DNA from: an uncultured Gammaproteobacteria bacterium
GTDB taxonomy: Bacteria > Patescibacteriota > Microgenomatia > UBA8517
Assembly: GCA_964357925.1 (NCBI GenBank)
Contig: CAYHMW010000005.1
Location: 1-55,129 of the forward strand
Length of the DNA stretch: 55,129 bases
Reading direction: 5' to 3'
Both the position numbers and the translations under genes were made by a program. Positions 1-8,246 of the stretch are shown one piece after another. The stretch's first letter is position 1. The number at the start of each line of letters is the position of its first letter. Under the pieces are notes generated by a model, which ran no database searches, was not told the origin of the DNA, and worked only from the letters and a program-made list of their open reading frames with translations.

Positions 1-1404
1 AGATTCGCACTTACGTATTCTATAGTTGAGAACAAATCATTACAGTTCTCACTGCCCATCGCTAAATTTGCAGTTCCCGACGTGGCTTATAGCAATAACA
101 ACTACGTGTCGCTCTTTGCACCTGCAGTTTCATTCGCCGTGATCCCAGGCTACATACTAGGCAAAGCTCTTGGTGCTTCCCAACTAGGTTCATTTGCAGC
201 TATTGCAGTATTTGCATTGCTCAATATGCTTCTAATCAAAAACATAGTCTCGCGTCTGACCGGAAACAACCTTGCTGGCACAATTTCTGGGTTAATATTT
301 CTCTTTGCCACACCAGCATTTCCTTATGCCGTGACGCTTTATCAACATCACTTGACAACATTTTGCCTATTGCTGTCAATATATCTCGTGTTGAAGTACA
401 ACAACCTGCTCTCTCTTTCACTTGTCCTATTTCTCAGCGCGCTCTCAATACCAGTAGATAACCCAAACGCTATATTTATGTTTCCAATTGGGCTTTACGC
501 CGTTGGGAAATTTATTAAAGTAGAAGATCTCGAGAAAAAAATCATCTTCAAAATAAATTACTTGGGCAGCATTGCCATCGTTGTCGCTATCATTCCAATT
601 TTTGGACTACTAATGTTTAACAAGCTTTCTCACAATCAACCGCTGAAGCTTTCAGGAACACTAACGGCAGTAAGGACAATTGGCGATGATGGGCTGCCAG
701 TGAAAAGGCCCGAGCAACAAAATTTAGATCTTGAAACAATTATTAAGAGTAACGAGAAAAGAAAAACCGCATCAGGATTTTTTAGAACAAGAAACCTTGT
801 TAATGGTTTATATATTCACCTAATAAGCCCCGATCGCGGAACGATCACATTTGCACCAATTATGCTTTTCGGATTAGTCGGAATTCTTAAGTTTCCCAAA
901 GAACATAAAGCTATTAGAGAAACTTTAATTGCAACCGGTGCGTCTATACTTCTACTTTACTCACTTTGGGGGGATCCCTGGGGTGGCTGGGCTTTTGGAT
1001 CCAGGTATATGATCCCTGCATATGCAATACTATCCATTTTCCTGGGAGTGGGACTAAAATATTTAACGAAAAATTACTTACTTTCGATCTTTTTTGTATT
1101 GACATTGATCTATTCCCTTGCAGTAAATACAGCGGGAGCAATTTCGTCCAATAGGAACCCTCCTCAAGTTGAAATACTGGCCCTCGAAAAAATTAGTAAC
1201 CGTGTTGAGTTGTATAGTTTTGACCGCAACTGGGAGATGTTGACGTCTAACCATTCCAAATCATACTTTTTTACTAATTATCTACAGGGGGGGCAAGTTA
1301 GCGCCAAAGACTTCTATTATGTCTTGGCAGGAACAAATATATCAGTACTGCTTTTACTGTACACAATTTTTGCCTACCGCAACTTTAAAATCAGAAATGC
1401 ATAG
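1..1404 (+). CDS. GT-C-like polytopic membrane glycosyltransferase, 5'-truncated by the window
   Basis: Frame is open from base 1 (RFALTYSIVE...). About 11 hydrophobic segments; WGGWAFGSRYMIP late-loop motif typical of GT-C/PMT-like proteins. Confidence 0.65.
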   Translation, partial: RFALTYSIVENKSLQFSLPIAKFAVPDVAYSNNNYVSLFAPAVSFAVIPGYILGKALGASQLGSFAAIAVFALLNMLLIKNIVSRLTGNNLAGTISGLIFLFATPAFPYAVTLYQHHLTTFCLLLSIYLVLKYNNLLSLSLVLFLSALSIPVDNPNAIFMFPIGLYAVGKFIKVEDLEKKIIFKINYLGSIAIVVAIIPIFGLLMFNKLSHNQPLKLSGTLTAVRTIGDDGLPVKRPEQQNLDLETIIKSNEKRKTASGFFRTRNLVNGLYIHLISPDRGTITFAPIMLFGLVGILKFPKEHKAIRETLIATGASILLLYSLWGDPWGGWAFGSRYMIPAYAILSIFLGVGLKYLTKNYLLSIFFVLTLIYSLAVNTAGAISSNRNPPQVEILALEKISNRVELYSFDRNWEMLTSNHSKSYFFTNYLQGGQVSAKDFYYVLAGTNISVLLLLYTIFAYRNFKIRNA

Positions 1405-3028
1405 ATTTAGATTTGATACCACGTTCAACATTTCTATAAATAAAAATCTTCTTAGAAGACTCTATCTTTTACTAGAAGAGCACAGTCTGATGATCTTGTT
1501 TTCCGTACTAGCAATCATCTCCGCATTATCTTGGATATATTATTACCAAAACGGGTTAGGACTCGCCTATAACGATGCAAGGTCGCATTTGAATATTAGC
1601 CGCCGCGTAGTCGAAGGACTAAAGCCTGGATTTGCACAAATTGGGAGCGTTTGGCTCCCTCTCCCTCACGTTCTTATGATCCCAACCATTTGGAACGATT
1701 TTATGTGGCACACAGGGTTATCGGGAGCAATGATGTCCATGATCTCATTTGTATGCACAGGGGCATTAGTTTATCTGTTCCTTAAAAAGCTAAATTGTGG
1801 CCTCTTGGCGAGATATTTCGGGGTAGTTCTGTTTGCAGCAAACATCAACATTCTATATCTTCAATCGACTGCGATGACTGAGCTATTGCTCATTGCCACT
1901 ATGACGGCTGGCTCGTACTACTTACTTCTCTGGGCAGACGACAAAAACGTTCTCAATCTGATTAAGTCATCCTTTTTCATAATGCTCTCAACTCTAATTC
2001 GTTATGATGGCTGGTTCCTAATTTTCTTCGCAACCCTGCTCGTTGCATACGAAGTCTGGCGTAAAAAAGGCTACAAGGAAATGGAAGGCAATGTAATTTT
2101 GTTTACAACTCTCGGGGGCCTCGGAATATTCCTCTGGGTAATTTGGAATCTATTAATCTTTGGCGATCCACTGTATTTTGCATTCGGTCAATACTCTGCT
2201 TATGCCCAACAAGGACAACTTGAAGCTGCAGGGGAACTAGTAACCAAAGGTAACCTGATTTTATCCTCAAAAATTTATTTGTATTCACTTCTATACAACT
2301 CCTATACCTTGATAGCGTTGTTCGGTCTGATGGGATATACGGCACTCTGGCTCAATAAAAAGGTCAGTCTTAGCATAAAAGTGGCTTCTTTAGCACTGGT
2401 CGCGCCTCTTATGTTTAATATACTTGCGCTTTTTCTCGGACATTCAGTACTTTTTATCCAGGGTATTTCCGGAAATACTTGGTTCAATGTTCGTTATGGG
2501 ATCATGCTTGCGCCCACGATTGCCATTTTCGGAGGCTACTTGATAGAAAAAGTAAAAAATTCTAGGTGGACAATTATTGGTCTTTCGGTGTTGACACTAT
2601 ATTTTGCATTTGTGAACTATGACGCAGTTACAATCGATGATGCCAGAGTCGGTTCGAGCCAAAAAAACGTAACAGAGGTAGCTGGTTGGTTGTCTGATAA
2701 TACAAAACACAGAGAAGGGTTCGTGTTAATATCAGCAGCCTCTCACGACGCTATTATTTTCAGTTCAGGCTTGCCAATGAAAAGATTTATCCACGAGGGA
2801 ACAGGCACCTATTGGACATCTGCATTGGAAGCCCCAGATAGATGGGCAAAATGGATCATTATGAGAACTCACGATGATAACGACTCAGTTTGGAAATCAG
2901 TAAGCCGCTCCGGAGCACTCTATAAATATACCCTGGTTGAGAGTTATCCTTTTGCAGACATTTATGAGCTTCATAGTGACTATTCGTTTGATCTCAACAC
3001 AAAACCAACTCTACCTCCTCAAAGATAA
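1397..3028 (+). CDS. GT-C (GT39/ArnT-like) membrane glycosyltransferase
   Basis: ATG at 1397 overlaps the upstream stop (ATGCATAG). Acidic first external loop YNDARSHL...WLPLPH; many TM segments; NVRYG motif; soluble C-terminal domain. Confidence 0.7.
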   Translation: MHRFRFDTTFNISINKNLLRRLYLLLEEHSLMILFSVLAIISALSWIYYYQNGLGLAYNDARSHLNISRRVVEGLKPGFAQIGSVWLPLPHVLMIPTIWNDFMWHTGLSGAMMSMISFVCTGALVYLFLKKLNCGLLARYFGVVLFAANINILYLQSTAMTELLLIATMTAGSYYLLLWADDKNVLNLIKSSFFIMLSTLIRYDGWFLIFFATLLVAYEVWRKKGYKEMEGNVILFTTLGGLGIFLWVIWNLLIFGDPLYFAFGQYSAYAQQGQLEAAGELVTKGNLILSSKIYLYSLLYNSYTLIALFGLMGYTALWLNKKVSLSIKVASLALVAPLMFNILALFLGHSVLFIQGISGNTWFNVRYGIMLAPTIAIFGGYLIEKVKNSRWTIIGLSVLTLYFAFVNYDAVTIDDARVGSSQKNVTEVAGWLSDNTKHREGFVLISAASHDAIIFSSGLPMKRFIHEGTGTYWTSALEAPDRWAKWIIMRTHDDNDSVWKSVSRSGALYKYTLVESYPFADIYELHSDYSFDLNTKPTLPPQR

Positions 3029-3030
3029 CT

Positions 3031-4299
3031 ATGAAATTGTCACTCAAAAAAGCAGCTGTCTTCTCATCGCTAATTATTGTTACCGGCTTCACAGCGCTAA
3101 AAATTTATGCAAAAACAACCACTATAAATGAACCTCAAAATGCCAAATGGTGGAGCATACAAAGCATCGACACTGTTAAATACAGTCGTGATATCGCACG
3201 AGAAAAAGCCAAAGACACTTCATTTGATCAAACTATCGATAATCAGGTTAGGTTAATCGCAGAAACAGGAGCAACACATATTTCATTAGGAACACCGTAC
3301 GACAAGGAGTTTGTACCTTTCCTGGAACGCTGGGTAAAAGCAGCCAGAAAATACAGCCTTAATGTTTGGTTTCGAGGAAATTTTTCCGGATGGGAAAAAT
3401 GGTTTGGCTATTCCAAAATTGATAGGGAAGAACACAAAAGGCTAACAAAAGACTTCATAATGGCAAACGGCAAACTTTTTGAAAACGGCGATGTATTCAC
3501 AGCATGCACTGAATGTGAAAATGGCGGACCGGGGGACCCTCGTCAAAACGGTGATGTCAAAGGTCACAGGCAGTTTTTAATTGATGAATACAAAATTACA
3601 AGTGTTGCTTTCAGAAACATTGATAGAAATGTTCGCTCCAATTTCTTCCCCATGAACGGCGACGTTGCAAAGCTCGTTATGGACAAGGAGACAACAAAAG
3701 CACTTGGCGGAATTGTTGTGATTGATCATTATGTAAAGTCCGCGGACAAACTAGTGGAAGATATTAAAAGTTTAAGCAGGAGTAGTGGTGGCAAGATAGT
3801 ACTTGGAGAATTTGGTGCACCAATACCGGACATCCACGGCAGTATGACCGAAAGCGAACAAGCAAGTTGGCTCAGTGAAACCCTGGAAAAGTTAATTGAA
3901 TCAGAAGATCTAATAGGCGTTAATTATTGGACGAATACAGGCGGTTCAACCGAGCTTTGGAATGGAAAATTGGTGGAACGGGGGGCTGCGGAAACTCTCA
4001 AAGATTTCTACATGCCAAAAACCATTAGTGGGGTAATTATAAACGAATTGAAAAGACCTATAAGTGGTGCAACAGTAACACTCGGTCCAAGGTCGATAAC
4101 AACAACCACAAATGGCACATTTACGATCCCAGGCTTAAGTGGCATCGCCCAAATCGAAGTGTCAGCCAAAGGGTATAGTGATAATATGGTGGAGATTCTG
4201 GCCAATTATGCAAATGCCCCAATTGTTCTACAAAAACAAAAACCTGGCCTCATTTATAGGATTACAAGTCTCCTCCTTCGTCTTGTGGGTAAAATTTGA
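3031..4299 (+). CDS. Secreted or membrane-anchored glycoside hydrolase (clan GH-A-like TIM barrel) with a C-terminal carboxypeptidase-regulatory-like beta-sandwich
   Basis: N-terminal signal/anchor; candidate acid/base Glu in CTECENGG; nucleophile-like IVLGEFG; GVNYW strand; C-terminal ISGVI...PISGATV...TTTNGTFTI...VSAKGY pattern. Confidence 0.6.
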   Translation: MKLSLKKAAVFSSLIIVTGFTALKIYAKTTTINEPQNAKWWSIQSIDTVKYSRDIAREKAKDTSFDQTIDNQVRLIAETGATHISLGTPYDKEFVPFLERWVKAARKYSLNVWFRGNFSGWEKWFGYSKIDREEHKRLTKDFIMANGKLFENGDVFTACTECENGGPGDPRQNGDVKGHRQFLIDEYKITSVAFRNIDRNVRSNFFPMNGDVAKLVMDKETTKALGGIVVIDHYVKSADKLVEDIKSLSRSSGGKIVLGEFGAPIPDIHGSMTESEQASWLSETLEKLIESEDLIGVNYWTNTGGSTELWNGKLVERGAAETLKDFYMPKTISGVIINELKRPISGATVTLGPRSITTTTNGTFTIPGLSGIAQIEVSAKGYSDNMVEILANYANAPIVLQKQKPGLIYRITSLLLRLVGKI

Positions 4300-4325
4300 C
4301 CTACTTAGCCATAATTTGATATAAT
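4296..4325 (+). promoter_or_regulatory. sigma70-type promoter for the sortase-substrate/sortase pair
   Basis: TTGACC (4296-4301), 18-bp spacer, TATAAT (4320-4325) with an extended TG. Confidence 0.55.
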
Positions 4326-4406
4326 CCCATAACGAAAACCTATATACGCTATTAATTGTTTGAGTTATATAAAAAATCTTATTTTTTCTAAAGCTAGTTA
4401 CTATAT

Positions 4407-4955
4407 ATGAGTAAATTATGTCTTTCTTTAGTCCTATTTCTAATTTTAACTGCGGTTAACCCCGCAGTAGCTTTTGCTGCCACAATACCAAGTTTCCCCT
4501 CTTGCTCAAATCCAAACTCACCAATTCGTGTTCAATACGATTCAGGTACCCATGGCATTGTGGGGGACTCTAAAACCTACACAGGCAAGGATACTGTTTA
4601 CAATCTTAGCGATGGCAACGTTCTGCAATGTTTCTGTGCCTCAGATGGCGCTGGAATAGAAACTTACTGGTGGAAAACAAGCTCCCTAACGGAAAACGAA
4701 ATCGATAGTTTAACTGGTGACGATTGGGTTTATATTCCAAATGGTTCTGCCTGGGGTCTAGATCAAGGAGGCTATTTAGCAAAAAATACTAATTACTCTT
4801 GCGGCGGCCAAGTTACTCCTGCCGCTGCATCAACATCTGGCTCAGTTCTCGGGTTAGCAAGCACAGGTAGTTTGGTCTCAATCTACACTTATCTCGTGTT
4901 CGGCTTGATATCACTACTTAGTGGCATAGCTTTGAAGCGCCAGATCAATAAATGA
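4407..4955 (+). CDS. Secreted Cys-containing surface protein with an LPXTG-like (LASTG) sorting signal
   Basis: Signal peptide ending AFA/A; 4 Cys in the mature part; S/T/A linker; GSVLG-LASTG, then a hydrophobic helix, then basic tail KRQINK; overlaps the sortase gene (ATGA-type coupling). Confidence 0.7.
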   Translation: MSKLCLSLVLFLILTAVNPAVAFAATIPSFPSCSNPNSPIRVQYDSGTHGIVGDSKTYTGKDTVYNLSDGNVLQCFCASDGAGIETYWWKTSSLTENEIDSLTGDDWVYIPNGSAWGLDQGGYLAKNTNYSCGGQVTPAAASTSGSVLGLASTGSLVSIYTYLVFGLISLLSGIALKRQINK

Positions 4956-5485
4956 AGTTTCTTGGCTCCATACTCATCTTCTCAGGAATATTACTTCTAG
5001 CATTCACTTCGCTGTTAATTTATCAAAGACAATCACCAGAAAGACTTAGCTTTACAAATATTGAAAAACTAAAGTCACAAAGCGTCAAAAAGGCTGATAA
5101 TCCAAACAGAATCATAATCGAAAAAATAGGTGTCGATTTGCCAATTATAGCTTCCGAAATTAGAGACAATAATTGGCCAACTTCATCCACAGGAATTTCC
5201 TATTTAACAACAAGCTCTGCGCCAGGATCAGTTGGCAACTCAGTGCTATATGGTCACAACTGGCAATCCATTCTGGGAAATCTTTATAAAATTAACCCTG
5301 GAGATGAAATTAAAATAAGAAACGCAGACGATCAAATACTAAGATTTGTAGTTACAACAACTCAAGTTGTAGACAAAACACAAAGCTCTGTACTAAATAA
5401 TACCGAAGATTCACGAATTACACTTTATACATGTACTGGCTTTCTTGATCAAAAACGCCTCGTCGTCACAGCCCACTTAATTTAA
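4952..5485 (+). CDS. Sortase
   Basis: N-terminal TM; PG..GNSVLYGHN (catalytic His), ITLYTC (catalytic Cys), KRLVV (Arg). Confidence 0.9.
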   Translation: MKFLGSILIFSGILLLAFTSLLIYQRQSPERLSFTNIEKLKSQSVKKADNPNRIIIEKIGVDLPIIASEIRDNNWPTSSTGISYLTTSSAPGSVGNSVLYGHNWQSILGNLYKINPGDEIKIRNADDQILRFVVTTTQVVDKTQSSVLNNTEDSRITLYTCTGFLDQKRLVVTAHLI

Positions 5486-5722
5486 AGCAACAGTTCTCTC
5501 AACTTTGGTAACTCTTCTCCGAAGCTCGTCAATCCCGTTGTCATGACGATCAAGCCGGTCATCTTGTTTAGATTGTTTTCCCTCAATCCTAAAAACTGTA
5601 TTCTTTACAACACCCAAGTCTCCTTTAACCTCCTTTAGATCTTCTTTAATAACCTCAAGTTCTGGCACAACAACCTCATGAAAAGCCTTTGCAAACAATT
5701 CTGAGAATTTTTCCTCATCCAT
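5477..5722 (-). CDS. Small coiled-coil protein (AFHExxVP family), paralogue of 7830..8141
   Basis: MDEEKFSELFAKAFHEVVVPELE followed by a heptad-rich tail. ATG at 5722 is preferred because TATTAT lies 6 nt upstream. Confidence 0.65.
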   Translation of the reverse strand: MDEEKFSELFAKAFHEVVVPELEVIKEDLKEVKGDLGVVKNTVFRIEGKQSKQDDRLDRHDNGIDELRRRVTKVERTVALN

Positions 5723-5744
5723 AAATTCATAATACACTAGTCGA

Positions 5745-6431
5745 TCAACCTCTCAAGCGCGTCTTTTTTGCAGACTCAGTCACTCTCCACTTCTCAATCT
5801 CAGCATGGTTGCCGGAAAGGAGAATCTCAGGCACCTTCCACCCATTAAATTCCTCCGGCCTTGTATATTGAGGATACTCAATATTGCTGCCCTCCGAAAA
5901 TGATTCTTTCTCCGTAGCCTCATCTTTTTCAAGTACCCCCGGCACGAGTCGTGCAACTGTTTCTGCTATTACCATTGCGGGCAGCTCCCCACCAGTCAAA
6001 ACATAATCTCCAATAGAAATTTCCTCATCAATTAAATGCTCTCGAATCCTCTCATCAAACCCTTCATACCTCCCACAAATTAATATTAAATGTTTTAATT
6101 TTGATAGTTCTTTAGCTTTTTCTTGAGTAAATTTTCGCCCCTGCGGTGTGAGCAAAATAGTTCGTGAAAGCCCGCTGTCATCCCGGACTTGATCCGGGAT
6201 CTTGGCTTTTAACGCTTTTAGAGCGTTGTACACAGGTTCCACTTTCAGTACCATCCCAACCCCGCCGCCAAATGGCCGATCATCCACCATCCTGTGTTTG
6301 TCCACTGCATAATCCCGCAGCTGATGAATATTAATTTCCACGATTTTTTTATCCTTCGCCCGCTTAATAATCGACTCATCAAACGGCCCAGAGAACATCT
6401 CAGGAAAAAGTGTCAAAATATCAATTTTCAT
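5745..6431 (-). CDS. trmD: tRNA (guanine-N1)-methyltransferase
   Basis: MKIDILTLFPEMF, VDDRPFGGGVGMVLK, CGRYEGFDER, SIGDYVLTGGE, EYPQYTRP, LLSGNHAEI. Confidence 0.97.
   Translation of the reverse strand: MKIDILTLFPEMFSGPFDESIIKRAKDKKIVEINIHQLRDYAVDKHRMVDDRPFGGGVGMVLKVEPVYNALKALKAKIPDQVRDDSGLSRTILLTPQGRKFTQEKAKELSKLKHLILICGRYEGFDERIREHLIDEEISIGDYVLTGGELPAMVIAETVARLVPGVLEKDEATEKESFSEGSNIEYPQYTRPEEFNGWKVPEILLSGNHAEIEKWRVTESAKKTRLRG
6176..6202. repeat. 27-bp palindromic element, copy 1, in frame within trmD
   Basis: TGTCATCCCGGACTTGATCCGGGATCT; 8-bp stem ATCCCGGA/TCCGGGAT; read as KIPDQVRDDS in TrmD. Confidence 0.8.
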
Positions 6432-6455
6432 AATTTGTATATTTTACAATTTTAG

Positions 6456-6483
6456 TTGACATTAGGTAGTTATAATATATAAT
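6456..6483 (+). promoter_or_regulatory. Consensus sigma70 promoter of the orphan at 6526
   Basis: TTGACA (6456-6461), 16-bp spacer, TATAAT (6478-6483); AGGAG SD at 6513-6517. Confidence 0.65.
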
Positions 6484-6525
6484 ATACCCTATAGCTCGTA
6501 CAAATAGCCAGTAGGAGAGTACCTT

Positions 6526-6753
6526 ATGCCCTCATTCATTGTATTTCTGCAACCAGATTATACTATGTACCGGGTGTCTGGAGATGGCACTTTAGTCCGA
6601 TTGCAATCATATTTTGATCGCGACAAGATCGTGCAATTTGAGAATAGAGTATTGAGCAGTATTGGATCACCTCCTGATCGAGCACTCTCTCATGGAGACC
6701 AAACAATTTTAAAAGCAATACAAGAGGCGACCCAGAGGCTAAAAAAAAGCTAA
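6526..6753 (+). CDS. Hypothetical 75-aa protein
   Basis: Has its own consensus promoter, an AGGAG SD and a downstream hairpin; no recognisable motif. Confidence 0.55.
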   Translation: MPSFIVFLQPDYTMYRVSGDGTLVRLQSYFDRDKIVQFENRVLSSIGSPPDRALSHGDQTILKAIQEATQRLKKS

Positions 6754-6754
6754 G

Positions 6755-6841
6755 CTAAAACTCCCGAGCCACCGGCTCGGGAGTAATATATTCACAACTA
6801 ACTTGCAGAGCCTTGACCCTTGCTTCGAAAATCCAACTCAT
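6755..6841 (-). CDS. Putative 28-aa small peptide or gene remnant (MSWIFEARVKALQVSCEYITPEPVAREF)
   Basis: Too short for the ORF track. Preceded by GAGGAGGAGG SD and by TGaTACAAT (6887-6895, minus strand). Confidence 0.35.
   Translation of the reverse strand: MSWIFEARVKALQVSCEYITPEPVAREF
6761..6783. terminator. GC-rich hairpin, probably a (bidirectional) intrinsic terminator
   Basis: CTCCCGAGCC-ACC-GGCTCGGGAG, a perfect 10-bp stem, with an A-run on the left (T-run on the minus strand), between convergent units. Confidence 0.65.
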
Positions 6842-6942
6842 GTCGCCCTCCTCCTCGAGCAGACTAATTACATACGAGCAATCCGTATTGTATCACGCCC
6901 AAACCCATCACTCACACAAACAGCCTTGATGAAGACAGAAAA

Positions 6943-7254
6943 TCACGCTCCAATAACGTGTGCAATTGGCTCAAAAATTGGAGGGAAAACCATAAAGAAG
7001 AACAAAGTTGTCGCGGTTACATAAAACCAAAACGCCACGGTACTGCTCACCTTAAGAGGTTTGAATAAAAACATAAACAATCCAAAGGCACCCAAACTTA
7101 AAAGATAGACCCCAAGGAGTGGTCCAATTGGTGGATAAAAATTCAGAGCATCGCCAAACCCTTTACTAGCAGTCTTTACAAGGTTTATGACCCAAAAAAA
7201 CGTCAAAGTCGACCCAGTCGTTATCAGTAAATTGTTTATCAAATTCTTCTTCAT
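6943..7254 (-). CDS. Small membrane protein (3 TM), unknown function
   Basis: Hydrophobic helices; FYPPIGPLLG and FPPIF motifs; 6 bp from the upstream membrane gene. Confidence 0.7.
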   Translation of the reverse strand: MKKNLINNLLITTGSTLTFFWVINLVKTASKGFGDALNFYPPIGPLLGVYLLSLGAFGLFMFLFKPLKVSSTVAFWFYVTATTLFFFMVFPPIFEPIAHVIGA

Positions 7255-7260
7255 GATATC

Positions 7261-7767
7261 TTAGGAAACAGGCGCAACTTTAGTCACAAGAACTGCCTCG
7301 GCGGCGACCACAAGGGTAAAAACCAGTGCCGTCACAAGCGAAAAAATGATCGCTCTTCTTGCATAAATAAACTCCTTTTCACCATAATCCTTTCCTGTAC
7401 GCCAAAGTAGTAAAAGTGCCGTTAATACAAGAAGCGGAGGTGCAAACGCCAAAAACTCCTTGTGTTCAAACACTATTGCATGGAGCCAAGATGTCGATTC
7501 AGACGATTTAAGAATTGTCCGCGGCCCCCCAGCTGCCCGGTAAGGTACATAAACACTTAACCCAAAAATATCAAGGATCACCAGGTCCGTAAACAAAGCG
7601 AGTAGGGTATTCTTGAACCAACCCAGAAGATCGCGATTTTTCAAAACTGCAAAATACAAAGCTATTGCCGCTCCATACAAAACCAAGGAAAACATAGCCA
7701 AAGAACCATGCGCGTCAGCAAACTTCTCCCAAAAACTCAATTCCATCAACCTTTCCAAAAGCTCCAT
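7261..7767 (-). CDS. 4-TM membrane protein with His residues at helix positions (possible heme or metal binding)
   Basis: AHGSLAMF in TM1; WLHAIVFEHKEFLAF before TM3. Confidence 0.6.
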   Translation of the reverse strand: MELLERLMELSFWEKFADAHGSLAMFSLVLYGAAIALYFAVLKNRDLLGWFKNTLLALFTDLVILDIFGLSVYVPYRAAGGPRTILKSSESTSWLHAIVFEHKEFLAFAPPLLVLTALLLLWRTGKDYGEKEFIYARRAIIFSLVTALVFTLVVAAEAVLVTKVAPVS

Positions 7768-7829
7768 GTCAAACTAAAGCTATCACAAAACCAATGTGCA
7801 GTGCAACATCCTCGCCCTAGACCATCACA

Positions 7830-8141
7830 TTAATTAACCAAAATTCTATTCTCAAGCACACGAACTCTCTTCTCCAAGTTTTCATGCCTGCCGTCTTTTT
7901 CGTCGAATCGTTCCTCAATGCTCAAAACGCTCTGTTCAACTCTACGTATTGATTTTCGATTTTCCCTTATCTCTCCCTTTAGTTCATCTTTCATACTCCT
8001 TATCTCTCCCTTTAGTTCATCTTTCATACTCTTCATTTCTCCCCTCAACACTTCATTATTAGCCTCAAGAGAGGGTACAATCGCCTCATGAAAAGCCTCA
8101 GTAAAGATATCTAAAAATTCTTTCTTTTGTTTTTTATCCAT
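7830..8141 (-). CDS. Small coiled-coil protein (AFHExxVP family) with an internal 11-aa repeat
   Basis: MDKKQKKEFLDIFTEAFHEAIVPSLE...; TGtTAGAAT lies 5 nt upstream of ATG 8141. Confidence 0.65.
   Translation of the reverse strand: MDKKQKKEFLDIFTEAFHEAIVPSLEANNEVLRGEMKSMKDELKGEIRSMKDELKGEIRENRKSIRRVEQSVLSIEERFDEKDGRHENLEKRVRVLENRILVN
7965..8030. repeat. Two exact 33-bp tandem repeats (SMKDELKGEIR) plus a degenerate partial third
   Basis: CCTTATCTCTCCCTTTAGTTCATCTTTCATACT at 7965-7997 and 7998-8030. Confidence 0.9.
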
Positions 8142-8171
8142 CACTCATTCTAACACTATTAATCAACAAGA

Positions 8172-8246
8172 TTACTCGTATCGTATGGCCTCAACAATCG
8201 TTTGAAAAACGAGTGCTACAAGCAATTCTTCACGTTTGTTACTCAT
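8172..8246 (-). pseudogene. 24-codon mini-ORF ending in the same EAIRYE* as the upstream permease (probable paralogue remnant)
   Basis: Reads MSNKREELLVALVFQTIVEAIRYE*; the ATG lies inside the permease end TATGAGTAA. Confidence 0.45.

Noticed and set aside
6803-7024. 73-aa plus-strand ORF after the hairpin
   Set aside because: TTG start without a signal; it overlaps the 6943 gene in antisense; the promoter and SD signals in this gap are on the minus strand.
7965-8030. 33-bp repeat as a mini-CRISPR
   Set aside because: The copies are directly adjacent with no spacer and encode an in-frame coiled-coil repeat.
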